64,000 nucleotides of DNA. Origin: Nitrospirales bacterium (GTDB lineage: Bacteria; Nitrospirota; Nitrospiria; Nitrospirales; UBA8639). The position numbers and the translations under genes are program-made. The DNA lies in contig CBDBCZ010000019.1 in NCBI GenBank assembly GCA_965203295.1, forward strand, positions 2,272,001 to 2,336,000, given 5' to 3'. A model generated the notes under the pieces. That model did not search any database, was not told where the DNA came from, and saw only the letters and a program-made list of their open reading frames with translations. This document shows positions 31,072 to 42,683 of this stretch, in pieces; the first letter of the stretch is position 1; every line of letters starts with the position of its first letter.

Positions 31072-32327
31072 GGCGTCCCTGCCATTCTTTCAATAGAAGC
31101 GCCTAAACTCTGGAGCTTGTCCTCAATCCGTTCATACCCACGCTCCAAATGATAAATCCTGGAAACCTGTGTTGTTCCTTCAGCAGCTAAGCCAGCTAAG
31201 ATCAAGCCCGCACTCGCTCGTAAGTCAGAGGCCATCACTGGCGCACCCGTCATCTTTTCTACCCCGGTGACGAAGGCACGTCGCCCTTCAATGCGAATAC
31301 CTGCTCCCATCCGTTGTAATTCAGGAACATGCAAAAACCGACCTTCAAACACCGTTTCAGTTAACACACTGGTCCCCTCTGCCACACATATGAGTGCCAT
31401 AAGCTGGGCCTGAAGATCTGTTGGAAACCTTGGATAGGGTTGGGTTTGAACCTGCAAGGCTCTCCCTCTCCTTGGCGCCTTAACACGAAGCGTCCGTTCT
31501 TGTTGCGAGATTTCGGCACCAGATTCCCGCAGTTTATCAGTGACAGATTGCAAATGGCTTGGAATACAGTCTCCTACTTCAACATCTCCTCCAGAAATCG
31601 CACTAGCCATCAGATAGGTCCCGGTTTCAATTCTATCGGAAACGACACGATATTCTGCACCTTTGAGTTGCCGCACACCGTGAATCGTCAGTCGCTCAGA
31701 CCCGGCTCCATGGATTCGGGCACCGCATTGGTTCAAAAATTGAGCGAGATCCTGCACCTCCGGTTCTTTGGCAGCGTTCTCGATAACCGTCGTTCCATTG
31801 GCCAGACACGCGGCCATCATGAGGTTCTCTGTTCCCGTTACCGTCGGAATCTCCAAGTCGATGTGGCAACCATGGAGCCCTGAGGCACGAGCATAGATAT
31901 ACCCATGTTCTACGGTAATGGTCGCTCCTAATTGAGCCAATCCCTTCAGATGAAGATCGACAGGCCTCGTTCCAATCGCACAGCCTCCCGGCAACGACAC
32001 GGTCGCCTCACCAAACCTCGCTAATAGAGGGCCAAGCACCAAAATCGATGCTCTCATGGTCTTGACCAAATCATAGGGGGCTTCGGTAGAAGACACAGAG
32101 GCAGCCGTGACTTCCATTTGGTCCCGATCCATTTTGACCGACATGCCCAACATACTCAGGAGGTTCACCATCGTGACAACATCTCGTACCTGTGGAAGAT
32201 TCGTGATGAGACATTCACCTTCACAAAGGAGTGTAGAAGCCATAATGGGAAGAGCGGCATTTTTGGCTCCAGCTGCCACGACACGCCCCTGAAGAGGGCG
32301 GCCACCAGTGATAATTATTCGATCCAT
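31068..32327 (-). CDS. murA: UDP-N-acetylglucosamine 1-carboxyvinyltransferase
   Basis: [26 protein letters not shown]. Confidence 0.97.
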   Translation of the reverse strand: MDRIIITGGRPLQGRVVAAGAKNAALPIMASTLLCEGECLITNLPQVRDVVTMVNLLSMLGMSVKMDRDQMEVTAASVSSTEAPYDLVKTMRASILVLGPLLARFGEATVSLPGGCAIGTRPVDLHLKGLAQLGATITVEHGYIYARASGLHGCHIDLEIPTVTGTENLMMAACLANGTTVIENAAKEPEVQDLAQFLNQCGARIHGAGSERLTIHGVRQLKGAEYRVVSDRIETGTYLMASAISGGDVEVGDCIPSHLQSVTDKLRESGAEISQQERTLRVKAPRRGRALQVQTQPYPRFPTDLQAQLMALICVAEGTSVLTETVFEGRFLHVPELQRMGAGIRIEGRRAFVTGVEKMTGAPVMASDLRASAGLILAGLAAEGTTQVSRIYHLERGYERIEDKLQSLGASIERMAGTP

Positions 32328-32348
32328 AGTCTTTATGAAAAGGCGAGG

Positions 32349-33239
32349 TCAGCTCGTTCGTTCAAATCGAAGAACACGTTCAATGTGAGCCGCATCACAG
32401 CGGATATTCTTAAGAGTGTAGCCTCCAGTTTCTTGTGCCAACTTCACCACGTTCTTCATTTGGCCTAACCTTGTTTCCAAAACGAGAAAACCGCCATGAC
32501 AGAGGAAGCTCCACGCTTGGTGGAGGATCCGTCGATAAAACACCATCCCATCCGTTCCTCCATCTAACGCTGAGTGGGGTTCGAAATCTCTCACATCCAA
32601 GGGTAGCCTGGGCAACTCCGAAGAACGGATATAAGGAGGATTCGAAACGATCCCCGTCAGACGCCCTTCCAAACCCTCAGATTTCAATGGATCAAAGAGG
32701 TTACCTAACAGGAATTTTGTGCGATGGTCAACACCATGATCCATGGCATTTCCTAACGCCGTTTTAAGAGCCTTTGGTTCCTGATCAGTCGCAAAAATCC
32801 TCGATGTCGGAAATTTCACAGCCAACACAATCGCCAAACAGCCAGACCCTGTTCCAATATCCGCTATAATAGGGTTAGAAGAAGCCAAGGGATGGGCTAA
32901 CACTTCCTCTATAATCAACTCGGTCTCAGGTCGTGGGATCAATACATCCGGAGAGACACGCATGTGAAGACCACAGAATTCCTGCGATCCCAAAATATAT
33001 TGAAGGGGTTCACCTTTAGCCCTCCGACCAAAAAACCTCTTCGCTTCCTTCGCCGCATCAAAAGAAACCGTTAATGTCGGTTCTTTTAAAATGGCTAATC
33101 GAGTCAATCCCACAGCGGATTCAAGAAGCCATATCACCTCATGAGCGGCATTTTTGATTCCGGATGAGGATAAGACTTCCAACCCCTCTCGATAGAGAGA
33201 TGAGACCGTCATTTGAGGTCCATGGTGGAATTGAGCCAC
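32349..33239 (-). CDS. prmC: Release factor glutamine methyltransferase
   Basis: EPLQYI, LIPRPETE, DIGTGSG, SNPPY. Confidence 0.96.
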   Translation of the reverse strand: MAQFHHGPQMTVSSLYREGLEVLSSSGIKNAAHEVIWLLESAVGLTRLAILKEPTLTVSFDAAKEAKRFFGRRAKGEPLQYILGSQEFCGLHMRVSPDVLIPRPETELIIEEVLAHPLASSNPIIADIGTGSGCLAIVLAVKFPTSRIFATDQEPKALKTALGNAMDHGVDHRTKFLLGNLFDPLKSEGLEGRLTGIVSNPPYIRSSELPRLPLDVRDFEPHSALDGGTDGMVFYRRILHQAWSFLCHGGFLVLETRLGQMKNVVKLAQETGGYTLKNIRCDAAHIERVLRFERTS

Positions 33240-33280
33240 ACCCTGATGGCTTGGAGGACTCGTCTCATTGATTTTTCCTC

Positions 33281-34402
33281 TTAGGCGGGGGACACCGAAT
33301 CCGTTCGCAAGGCCTCTGAGTCAGCTGAAACTTTTAATGCCTCCACAATGGCATCAAGGTCCCCGTCTAGCACGTACTCCAACTTATGAAGGGTTAACCC
33401 AATACGATGGTCGGTCACTCGATTTTGAAGGTAATTGTACGTGCGAATTTTTTCACTCCGCTCGCCGGTTCCGACTTGTGCCCGCCGATTTTCAGCAATG
33501 GAGGCTTCCTGTTTAGCCTTCTCAGCATCGGCAATCCTGGACCGGAGGGTACGCATAGCTTTGTTCCGGTTCTTTAATTGCGAACGTTCATCTTGGCACG
33601 TGACCACAACTCCGGTTGGAATATGGGTGATACGAACCGCAGAGTAAGTGGTATTGACACTTTGGCCACCCGCACCGGATGAACAAAAGGTATCAATGCG
33701 AAGATCTTTGGGATCTATGTGGACGTCGACTTCCTCGACTTCCGGCATGACGGCCACCGTGGCAGTGGACGTATGGATTCTTCCGCTTGCTTCGGTGGTC
33801 GGGACCCGTTGCACCCGATGGACTCCACTCTCATAACGAAAGTAGCCATAGGCGCCTTTCCCTTCGAAAAGCATCACCGCTTCTTTTAAGCCTCCGATTT
33901 CTGTCTCATGCGAGTCGACAAGCTCGATTCGTAAGCCTTTCTTTTCCGCAAATTTCATGTACATTCGAAATAGTTCAGCGGCAAAGAGAGCAGCCTCTTC
34001 CCCTCCCGTACCAGCCCTAATTTCCAGAAAGGTATTCTTTTCATCATCAGCGTTTTTAGGATGTAAGAGCTCTAGGGCGTTCCGCTCCGTTTCCTCACGC
34101 TGTCGAGAGAGGGTCTGTAAATCTTGCTCCCCTATGACTCTGAGTTCGGGATCAAGTTTGGAATCATCCAGCAACCGTTCGGTTTCGGATATTTCTTGAA
34201 GAATTTTTTGATAGGAAAAGAAAAGGTGGGAAATTTCTTCGATGTCTGCCCGCTCTTTGTTCAAGGAACAAAGAAGAGTTGGTTGCTTCAGGACGGAAGG
34301 TTCAGTGAGTTGTTGAGTCAAACTTTCAAAGCGATTGGCCACAGACTCCCACTGGGCAAGCCACGCGCCTTCTCTTGTTTCGTCTTTGTTTTCTCCAGCC
34401 AT
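33281..34402 (-). CDS. prfA: Peptide chain release factor 1
   Basis: PTT specificity motif (VPTTE), GGQ, GTG.RSEKIRTYN. Confidence 0.97.
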   Translation of the reverse strand: MAGENKDETREGAWLAQWESVANRFESLTQQLTEPSVLKQPTLLCSLNKERADIEEISHLFFSYQKILQEISETERLLDDSKLDPELRVIGEQDLQTLSRQREETERNALELLHPKNADDEKNTFLEIRAGTGGEEAALFAAELFRMYMKFAEKKGLRIELVDSHETEIGGLKEAVMLFEGKGAYGYFRYESGVHRVQRVPTTEASGRIHTSTATVAVMPEVEEVDVHIDPKDLRIDTFCSSGAGGQSVNTTYSAVRITHIPTGVVVTCQDERSQLKNRNKAMRTLRSRIADAEKAKQEASIAENRRAQVGTGERSEKIRTYNYLQNRVTDHRIGLTLHKLEYVLDGDLDAIVEALKVSADSEALRTDSVSPA

Positions 34403-34476
34403 GGGGTATGATCGTATCCATCATTCTATGAAACCAACATGTGCGTTACGCGATGAGCAAGTACAGGCATAGATGC

Positions 34477-34686
34477 TTAGGCCTTGGACTTCTTTGCATA
34501 CTTTTTCTTGAACCGTTCCACTCGGCCTTCCGTGTCAACAATTTTTTGGGTCCCGGTAAAGAAGGGGTGACAACGAGAACAAATGTCGACTTTTAGATCC
34601 CCTACGGTCGAACGGGTTTGAAATTTGGCCCCACACGCACAACTCAACGTCGCTTCAGAATAATTTGGATGAATTCCACTTTTCAT
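34477..34686 (-). CDS. rpmE: 50S ribosomal protein L31 (Zn-binding type)
   Basis: [20 protein letters not shown]. Confidence 0.97.
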   Translation of the reverse strand: MKSGIHPNYSEATLSCACGAKFQTRSTVGDLKVDICSRCHPFFTGTQKIVDTEGRVERFKKKYAKKSKA

Positions 34687-34802
34687 CGCACTATTTCCTT
34701 CCCATCATCGACAAAGTTTTACAGAACCGTAAAGCCAACATCGTTATATATACCACGAGAGAGGATCTGATGGCAAAATCCTCTTCTCACCTAGAATCGA
34801 CG

Positions 34803-36053
34803 TTATCGATTCATCGATTGCAGAAAATCCTGATTTGTCTTGGTTCCATTCATTTTATCCATCAGAAACTCCATGGCTTCCATGGACCCCAATGGACTAA
34901 GAACCTTCCGAAGTATCCACATCTTGTTAAGCCGATCACGGTCGACGAGTAACTCTTCCTTTCTTGTACCGGACTGACTGATGTCAATGGCAGGGAAAAT
35001 CCGTTTATCAGCCAACTTCCGATCCAAATGGACCTCCATATTGCCAGTCCCCTTAAACTCTTCGAAGATGACATCATCCATCCGGCTACCCGTATCAACC
35101 AAGGCTGTTGCCAGAATCGTCAAACTGCTGCCATTCTCAATGTTTCGCGCGGCCCCGAAAAACCGTTTGGGACGCTGGAGCGCATTGGAATCTAGTCCGC
35201 CTGAGAGGACCTTGCCGCTGGGCGGGGCAATCGTGTTGTAGGCCCGAGCCAACCGAGTGATACTATCCAAAAGCACAACCACATCCCGTTTATGCTCAAC
35301 CAACCGTTTGGCTTTTTCCATGACAATCTCGGCCACTTGGGCATGTCTTTGTGGGGGCTCATCAAAAGTCGAACTGACGACTTCGGCGGCTTTGGCCTGC
35401 CGTTGCCAATCCGTCACCTCTTCCGGTCGTTCATCGATCAGCAGGACAATCAAGACAATATCCTTATGGTTATGAAGAATGGCCCTTGCAATGGCCTGAA
35501 GTAGCATAGTTTTCCCTGTCCGAGGGGCTGCCACGATTAATCCCCGCTGGCCCTTGCCAATAGGAGTAATTAATTCCATCACCCGAGTGCAATATTCCTC
35601 TTGGTCAAATTCCAGAGAAATCCGTTCCTCCGGATACAAGGGCGTCAGATTGTCAAAGAGAATTTTCTCTCTCTGGACATCAGGCTCGTCATAATTGATT
35701 TTCTCTACTTTCAGAAGAGCAAAATACCGCTCACCTTCCTTAGGTGGTCGAATTTGCCCAGAAACAATATCCCCGGTTCGAAGGCCGAATCGACGAATTT
35801 GTGAGGGAGAAATATAAATGTCGTCTGGGCCAGGCAGGTAGTTGGAATCCGGAGCGCGGAGAAATCCAAACCCATCGGAAAGTGTTTCTAAAACTCCTTC
35901 CCCAAAGATGACCCCATTTTTTTCTGTTTGCCCTTGAAGGATGGCAAAGATAAGTTCTTGCTTTCGAAAATTTGCCGCTCCATCGATTTTCAAGGAACGA
36001 GCCAGATCGGCGAGGTCGCCAATGGTCTTCTGCTTTAACTCAGCCAGATGCAT
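34803..36053 (-). CDS. rho: Transcription termination factor Rho
   Basis: [44 protein letters not shown]. Confidence 0.98.
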   Translation of the reverse strand: MHLAELKQKTIGDLADLARSLKIDGAANFRKQELIFAILQGQTEKNGVIFGEGVLETLSDGFGFLRAPDSNYLPGPDDIYISPSQIRRFGLRTGDIVSGQIRPPKEGERYFALLKVEKINYDEPDVQREKILFDNLTPLYPEERISLEFDQEEYCTRVMELITPIGKGQRGLIVAAPRTGKTMLLQAIARAILHNHKDIVLIVLLIDERPEEVTDWQRQAKAAEVVSSTFDEPPQRHAQVAEIVMEKAKRLVEHKRDVVVLLDSITRLARAYNTIAPPSGKVLSGGLDSNALQRPKRFFGAARNIENGSSLTILATALVDTGSRMDDVIFEEFKGTGNMEVHLDRKLADKRIFPAIDISQSGTRKEELLVDRDRLNKMWILRKVLSPLGSMEAMEFLMDKMNGTKTNQDFLQSMNR

Positions 36054-36754
36054 AGGATTCTCCTGGAAAAGATAATAAAAATGATGCTTTGTCACTCAAG
36101 AGTTGGTCACAATGCGGTCAATGACCTCAATTTGCAACCCAGGGGCAACTACCAAGGTTTTGATAAGGGGGTAGGAAAGGGATAGTCCGTCATGGTTGTG
36201 GGACCAACGCCTTTACTTCTCCTTTCCATGAATCTACGTGCACCAGTCTCAAATACCCCAAAAGCCTAAGAGCACGTTGTTTAGTTAATTAATGAGAAAG
36301 AATAGATTCGTTACTAAGATTTGGCTTGATTTAGCAGATCCAGGAAGCCTTACAGGGGAATGTGGATTCCTCTTATTCCGGAATATTTTGTTCATTTTTA
36401 TACTAAGTCTATCATGTTGTCAATAGCTCTTTCGACACCTAATTTACGAAATCTTTGAAAGACATTCTAGAATATTGTTGGCCAGTTTCAGAAATATCTT
36501 ATTTCAAACAGGTGTCATTCGGCAACGACTTTTCGTTAAAAGGTTCCTGTTGCTTGACTGTCCGAACTCCGCATATGAATTCAGATCACTAGCGATTGCA
36601 CCCTTTACTAGGTTATGGTAAATCCTAGCAGGTTGCTGAAAACTCGATATAAACCAGAGCTCCACTTTCCATTGAAATGCACAAGGCTCTCAGGAAGCGA
36701 GACATGACAGTCAAAAAAGCCTTTCCGATTTCTTCATTGAGAAGAGGGTAACCC

Positions 36755-37171
36755 ATGGCTCATCCGGAAGAGGAACACCTTCACGAGCGTATCTTCACCC
36801 TCTCAGAAGCCTTGGGACTTCTTCCTGAATTGGAAAAGCATTTGAACATCGTGTGGCATGCTCGAATCGTGATGTCTCATACGAAGGAAGAAATCAAAAA
36901 GGCGAGTGCCAAAGCCGGACTCGGAGGTGGAAGCGCTGCTGGGCCGCGTTACATTCAAGCTCTGGAACAAATTAGTGATAGCCTTCACCGTATTCATGAA
37001 ACGGGAGTTATCGTCAAGGATCTGGACAGAGGACTGTGTGACTTTCCTTATTTGCTAGACGGACGAATCGTCTATTTGTGTTGGAAATTGGGTGAAGAAA
37101 AAATCGAATGGTGGCATGAAATCGATAGTGGATATGCCAGTCGACAGGCCTTGCCGCACGGAGCCATATGA
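36755..37171 (+). CDS. DUF2203 family protein
   Basis: FTL.EA..LLP, G..VKDL..GL.DFP, VYLCW..GE..I.WWH...GY..R. Confidence 0.88.
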   Translation: MAHPEEEHLHERIFTLSEALGLLPELEKHLNIVWHARIVMSHTKEEIKKASAKAGLGGGSAAGPRYIQALEQISDSLHRIHETGVIVKDLDRGLCDFPYLLDGRIVYLCWKLGEEKIEWWHEIDSGYASRQALPHGAI

Positions 37172-37315
37172 CCAATCCACAATCCGCATCTCTCCGATTC
37201 AAGCCAATACACCCTAACTCGACTAGTCGACTTCTGCTCCCCAATCAATCCAAATTTTTCACGCGATGCTCCCCTACCCCATCGACGTAAGAGAAAGCAG
37301 AACATAGGCTGGCCC

Positions 37316-37588
37316 GTGATGTTATTTGCCATATTAGGATGGGACTCACTGGAGGGGACACAAAAACGTCCTCTTCACAGAGATTCTCATCGGGAACGGC
37401 TTACGGCTTTGGAAAAGGACGGAAAACTCGTGCTCGCAGGACCATTTTCTGATGGAACCGGAAGTCTGATCGTGATAAAGGCAGAATCACTGGCAGAAGC
37501 AGAAGCATTTGCCCAAGAAGATCCCTATGTGACTCATGGAATATTTTCCAAAATTGAAATACATCCCTTTCACCAGGTGTTACCCTAG
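37316..37588 (+). CDS. YciI family protein
   Basis: R...R..H, LAGP, GSL, DPY. Confidence 0.9.
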   Translation: MMLFAILGWDSLEGTQKRPLHRDSHRERLTALEKDGKLVLAGPFSDGTGSLIVIKAESLAEAEAFAQEDPYVTHGIFSKIEIHPFHQVLP

Positions 37589-37856
37589 CAGGCTGTTGAA
37601 AAACTCAAAACTTCTAAAAATCCTGGTGTGTTGAAGAATATCCGATCGTCATCAAAAACGGTGCAGGATGTTCAAAAAGGCCCGCTCGCCTGCGCGAAGC
37701 CGCTTTCAGCCTCCGTAGCTACTTCGGCGAAGGAGACTCGGCGGAGCCAGGTCCAGCAAGGCCGCAGGGCGTTTGGCGCGCGGAGCGTACGTGGAGTACG
37801 TGAGCACGACAAAGGACCGAGAACGCCGCTGGCGGACTTTTTCACCATCCTGCTAG
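37585..37856. mobile_element. Family C MITE-like element with nested repeats, flanked by CTAG
   Basis: ctag-caggctgttgaaaaa ... tttttcaccatcctg-ctag; inner second end gcaggatgttcaaaaagg; body homologous to 50488-50611. Confidence 0.75.
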
Positions 37857-37954
37857 AGTCTCCTTTGCTTACTCTCAGTTATGTCGATTCGCATTTTTTT
37901 TAAAAACAGCCCAATCTTCTTCCGGACTCCATGCAAAGAGATGACCTTTTTCTT

Positions 37955-38425
37955 TCAGCCAAGTTTTTCCACTAACTCAAGAACAAGTTTCCACTCATGA
38001 GGACGAACCGGCTGTACTGATAATCGTGAGCCCTTTCGCAACAGCTCCATCTCATCCAATCCTTTTACTTTTCTTAAACGGTCGAGGGGTAACGAAGGGG
38101 AAATTTTCCTGATAAATCGGACGTCGACCATGACCCACCTCGGATCATCCCGACGACTCTTGTGGTCAAAATACCGGCTCTTCGAATCAAAAGCGAAGTG
38201 ATCTGGGTACGCTGGCTTGACGACCTCCACAATGCCCACAATGGCAGGAGGATCCGCATTACTGTGATAGAAAAACGCGTGGTCACCCACTGTCATGGCT
38301 TGCAAAAAGTTTCGAGCTTGGTAATTTCGTGCTCCCTCCCAACAAGTTGTCTGTCTGGGCGATTGTTTTAAATCATCAATAGAAAAGGTCGTGGGTTCTG
38401 ATTTGAGCAACCAATAGTGGGCCAC
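37955..38425 (-). CDS. EVE domain protein
   Basis: YWLLKSEP, W.G.RNYQARN, FFYHSN, RLSVQPV. Confidence 0.93.
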   Translation of the reverse strand: MAHYWLLKSEPTTFSIDDLKQSPRQTTCWEGARNYQARNFLQAMTVGDHAFFYHSNADPPAIVGIVEVVKPAYPDHFAFDSKSRYFDHKSRRDDPRWVMVDVRFIRKISPSLPLDRLRKVKGLDEMELLRKGSRLSVQPVRPHEWKLVLELVEKLG

Positions 38426-38618
38426 AGTTTGTCCTCCCTTCATCGCTACAACGATGATCGTTGGATGAAGTTTTATTTTTTCCATTCTAATCTCTGAGCT
38501 TAACCCTTCTCTTCACGAGGCATCAATGGTTGGAGGAAAAGAACAAAAATAGGATAAGATAATCTGTAAAGACTTGGATGTGATCTTTCAGGAAGTATCT
38601 GGTGAAGTTCGAAAAGCG

Positions 38619-38788
38619 AGAGGGGTGTGGCTCGTGGATCATTCCCCCGTCGTCCCAGAAATTTTTTAGCGGGGATCCATCTTTCATGATAATCCTGGTT
38701 GCCCGCTGACGACTGAGGTCCCCTGCGTGTTGCAGAAATTCCCAACGTCACCTGACAATATCTGTCAACTGAAATTCAAGTTTTGACA
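38619..38788 (+). repeat. Family B REP-like element, copy 2
   Basis: Matches 8269-8460 with an internal deletion. Confidence 0.85.
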
Positions 38789-38856
38789 GATGATATCCGA
38801 AGACATCAAATCACATCATTGACCACTCTTGAAGGGATAAACCACAATAGGAAAAC

Positions 38857-39306
38857 ATGAATGTCACAAGTTTCATGGACACGTGTCCATCTTTGGTCGC
38901 GGACTACATTTCATGTGAGATACTCATTTGGCTCACGGTTTTTTCTATCGTAGCCTTCATTGGAACCCTTCTTACCATTCCGGCAATTCTTATTCGATTG
39001 CCTGCAGATTACTTTGATGGACAGCGCGCGCGGGAATGGATGAAACATCACCATCCTATACTTCGAGGAATGGGCTTGGCTCTCAAGAATGGGCTAGGTA
39101 TCATTTTTCTGCTGGCCGGTTTCGCCATGCTGTTCCTACCAGGCCAAGGGGTGTTAACGATGGTCATAGGGGTCTCTCTTCTGGACTTCCCAGGAAAACG
39201 GAAGCTTGAAAGGAAGCTTATCAGTCAACCCACTATCTTCCAAGCCGTTAACGCATTGCGACATAAATTTGGGAAACCACCTTTTGTTCTATCGCACAAT
39301 ATGTAA
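38857..39306 (+). CDS. PGPGW-like membrane protein
   Basis: LP.DYF, KN.LG, MLFLPGQG.LT, DFPGK. Confidence 0.82.
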   Translation: MNVTSFMDTCPSLVADYISCEILIWLTVFSIVAFIGTLLTIPAILIRLPADYFDGQRAREWMKHHHPILRGMGLALKNGLGIIFLLAGFAMLFLPGQGVLTMVIGVSLLDFPGKRKLERKLISQPTIFQAVNALRHKFGKPPFVLSHNM

Positions 39307-39325
39307 ATCAATAGCATAAACGCCT

Positions 39326-41279
39326 ATGAGTAGGACCATCATCGTATGCTGGGGTTTGGTTTCAGTTCTCTGTGCTGTAGCCTTTGCCATTGTCACGGGA
39401 ATTGTTCGTCCCGAGGAAAAAGTCAATGGGCTGTGGCTCGTGGTCGCAGCAGGGTGTTTTTATGTCCTCGCTTATCGATTTTATGGACGGTTTTTAGCCT
39501 CACGAGTGATGAACCTCGATGACAACTGTCGCACCCCTGCCTATCGTCTACAGGATGAAATCAATTATTATCCAGCCAATAAATATATTTTATTCGGACA
39601 CCATTTTGCCGCCATCGCTGGGGCTGGTCCTCTCTTGGGTCCTGTTCTTGCCGCCCAGTTTGGATTCCTTCCATGATTTTTGTGGATTGTCATTGGTGCC
39701 GTTTTGGCGGGTGCAGTTCAAGATTTCATCATATTAGTGGGCTCGCTAAGGTGAAATGGCCAATCCCTTCCTGAAATCGCCCGTGCCGAAATTGGTTGGA
39801 TGACCGGAATGGCGACAGCCATCGCCGTCTTATTTATCGTCATCGTAGCCCTCGCAGGCCTAGGATTGGCGGTCGTCAATGCTCTGTTCGACAATGCATG
39901 GAGAACCTTTACCATCGCCATGACCATCCCCATTGGGATGGTCATGGGAATCTACCTCCAGAAATTCCGCCCTGGGCATGTCGGCGAAATGTCACTCCTT
40001 GGAGTGATTCTTCTCCTTGTCGCTGTCGTCGCTGGACGATTCGTCACGCAATCAGAGGTCGCTGACTGGTTTGTGTTCGAGCGCCACACACTCGTATGGT
40101 TTCTGGCTGGATATGGGTTTCTGGCTTCGGTTCTCCCTGTTTGGATGCTTCTTGTCCCTCGAGATTACCTTTCCCACCTTTATGAAATTAGGGGTCGTCG
40201 TATTGTTGGCCCTTGGTGTTCTCTTGATGGCTCCCGTTATTGAGATGCCCCGCATCACAAAGTTTATTTATGGAGGAGGGCCAATCATTCCCAGACCCAT
40301 CTTCCCTTTTCTCTTTATCACGATTGCCTGCGGGGCCATTTCCGGTTTTCACTCCTTGGTGTCATCGGGAACCACACCCAAAATGATTGCCCGGGAATCA
40401 CAAGCAATGGTGGGATATGGAGCCATGTTGCTGGAAAGCGCCGTTGGGGTGATCGCCCTTATCGCTGCAGGACTCTTGATTCCAGGGGATTATCTGGCCA
40501 TCAACACCAGATTATCGTTTGATACCCTCGCAGCAATGGGATTTCCAGTGGCCCATATTACCGAGTTGTCGAGACTCGTGGAGGTGGATGTCGCTGGCCG
40601 GCCAGGTGGAGCTGTTTCTTTGGCAGTAGGCATGGCTTCAATTTTTTCAGCCCTCCCGGGAATGGCTGGGTTGATGGCCTATTGGTACCAGTTCGCCTTG
40701 CTATTTGAAGCCTTGTTCATTTTAACGACGATCGATGCGGGTACAAGAGTGGCTCGATACCTAGTCCAAGAATTAGGAGGACAACTGTACACCCCATTGA
40801 AACAGATCAATTGGTGGCCAGGTGTCGGTCTATCCAGCGGATTGGTCGTTGCAGCATGGGGTTACTTGATTGCCACAGGCACTATCTCCACCATCTGGCC
40901 GATGTTCGGAACAGCCAACCAACTATTAAGGACTCTCGCTCTCTGTATTGGCACAACCCTGTTGATCAAAATGGGGAAGGGTCAATACATTTGGGTCACC
41001 GCATTGCCCATGATCTTTGTGGGAGTCATCACGCTCACGGGCTGTTATGAACTATGGGGATTGTTTCTCCATCGCGCAAGTAGCGCCACGGATTCACTCC
41101 AAGTGACGACGATGTATGTCAACGCCGGATTGGTGGGCCTTGTTGGCATTCTTGCGCTGATTGTCATGGGAGAGAGTAGCATGCGATGGTATGGCTATCT
41201 TGTTCAAAAACGGCCTTATACGAGTACAGAAATCATAGAAGGCGATGGAATCCAACTACCTTCCGGCCCTTGCTGTTGA
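39326..41279 (+). pseudogene. cstA: Carbon starvation protein A (CstA), disrupted
   Basis: GHHFAAIAGAGP, TIACGAISGFH, WPMFG.ANQLL; in-frame TGA at 39674 and 39752, frameshift near 40173. Confidence 0.9.
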
Positions 41280-41287
41280 ATAGACTA

Positions 41288-41341
41288 AAGTCCTGAGTCA
41301 AAGAATTTGGACCCGAGACATTGGACTCAAGACCCTAGACT
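41288..41341. repeat. Inverted heptamer (AGTC/GACT type) tract
   Basis: aagtcctgagtc ... ggacccgagacattggactcaagaccctagact; related tract at 54614-54666. Confidence 0.6.
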
Positions 41342-41416
41342 TAAAAATTCCTGTATTCATGATGTCTTACTTACAAACTGATTAAACGCACGCTAAATTG
41401 GAGAGGGAGTAAAAAT

Positions 41417-41914
41417 ATGGCTGAGCAAAGTTCTTTTGATGTCGTTTCCACGGTGGAAATGCAGGAGGTTAAAAACGCTATCGATCAAACCATGAAAGAA
41501 ATCGGACAACGTTTTGATTTTAAGGGATCAAAGTCTGAACTGACCCTCAAGGAAAAAGAGAAAACCATCGAGGTTCTTGCTGATGACGAGTACAAACTTA
41601 AAGCCGTCTTGAATATCCTGAAAGGGAAATGCGTGAAGCGGAATGTTTCACTCAAGGCCCTCAATTATGGGAAAGTTGAACAAGCCCTGGGAGGGACCGT
41701 CCGCCAAAACATCACGATTCAGAGTGGAATCCCCGATGACAAGGCAAAAGCAATCACAAAAACCATCAAAGAGAGCAAGCTGAAGGTTCAAGCCCAAATT
41801 CAAGGGGATCAGGTTCGCGTGCAAAGTAAGAGTAAAGATGATCTCCAGGCTGTGATTGCCCTCTTAAAAGAACAAGATTTCGGAATCGACCTTCAATACG
41901 TGAACTATCGATAA
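41417..41914 (+). CDS. yajQ: YajQ family nucleotide/c-di-GMP-binding protein
   Basis: [33 protein letters not shown] end. Confidence 0.95.
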   Translation: MAEQSSFDVVSTVEMQEVKNAIDQTMKEIGQRFDFKGSKSELTLKEKEKTIEVLADDEYKLKAVLNILKGKCVKRNVSLKALNYGKVEQALGGTVRQNITIQSGIPDDKAKAITKTIKESKLKVQAQIQGDQVRVQSKSKDDLQAVIALLKEQDFGIDLQYVNYR

Positions 41915-41962
41915 GATGGATACGGTGAAGAGAGCTCAAAGTTTCGGGTTTAAAGTTTACAG

Positions 41963-42682
41963 TTAAGGTTGTTGGGTTTGACGTTTAAATTTTGGATAAG
42001 CTCTGTCCCAAGCTTTCATGGCTGAATTGGCTCGAAGGATATCTCGAGCTTCCTGATGAGAGTAAGTCTTTTCGCCAAAAGGGAGGGCCAATTGCTCCAT
42101 GACCTCAGAAGCTTCTGCCATAGTCTGAAAAATGATCCGCTTGCTTGCAACATCAACAAGAGCCACCTCGACCCGAGAAAAATTTTCAACCTCGGTCCCA
42201 GTCATACGAGTCATCAGTGTTTCTTCCCCTAATTGGGAAGGAGATTCAATTTCAGAACTGGAAAAAACAGTCACAAGCCAGAAGGGAATATCACGTTCGT
42301 GCACCCGGGACAGGATATCCAAAACGTCTTCTTGCGGATCAAGGCCCTTCGGCGGGAATGTCCCGACAACCGTGAGGCCTAGATCCTCTTCGAGTCGTTG
42401 GACAATGCGATTTTGCATGATGACTAACATGCCCTCGGAGAGCCGTGGAGCCGAACCATGAGGCGAATCATCAGACACAATGGAGATTCCCACTTCAAAT
42501 GGGGCGTCTGGCTCACGAGGAAGAACTCGTCCAGATGTGGACGCTTCTTGGAACGAAGGGCCAAGATAGCCGGGTAACCGTGGCGATGTCGATCCACTTT
42601 CGCAGGCATGCATCAAAAAAACCGAAAGCATGACCCCAAGAATGGGAAACATCGATGTGCGATTGTTTATCCTATGTGCCAT
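41963..42682 (-). CDS. Hypothetical lipoprotein
   Basis: Lipobox MHAC; paralogous motifs (ENF/Y...E.AL.DV) with the upstream broken gene. Confidence 0.75.
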   Translation of the reverse strand: MAHRINNRTSMFPILGVMLSVFLMHACESGSTSPRLPGYLGPSFQEASTSGRVLPREPDAPFEVGISIVSDDSPHGSAPRLSEGMLVIMQNRIVQRLEEDLGLTVVGTFPPKGLDPQEDVLDILSRVHERDIPFWLVTVFSSSEIESPSQLGEETLMTRMTGTEVENFSRVEVALVDVASKRIIFQTMAEASEVMEQLALPFGEKTYSHQEARDILRANSAMKAWDRAYPKFKRQTQQP

Positions 42683-42683
42683 G

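Noticed and set aside
37628..37903. 91-aa ORF, also 8209-8418, 38500-38751 and 50456-50656
   Set aside because: They lie within MITE/REP repeats
39674..39754. TGA recoding (Sec, Trp or Gly) in cstA
   Set aside because: The two TGAs replace different residues, a frameshift co-occurs, and TGA terminates many intact genes here
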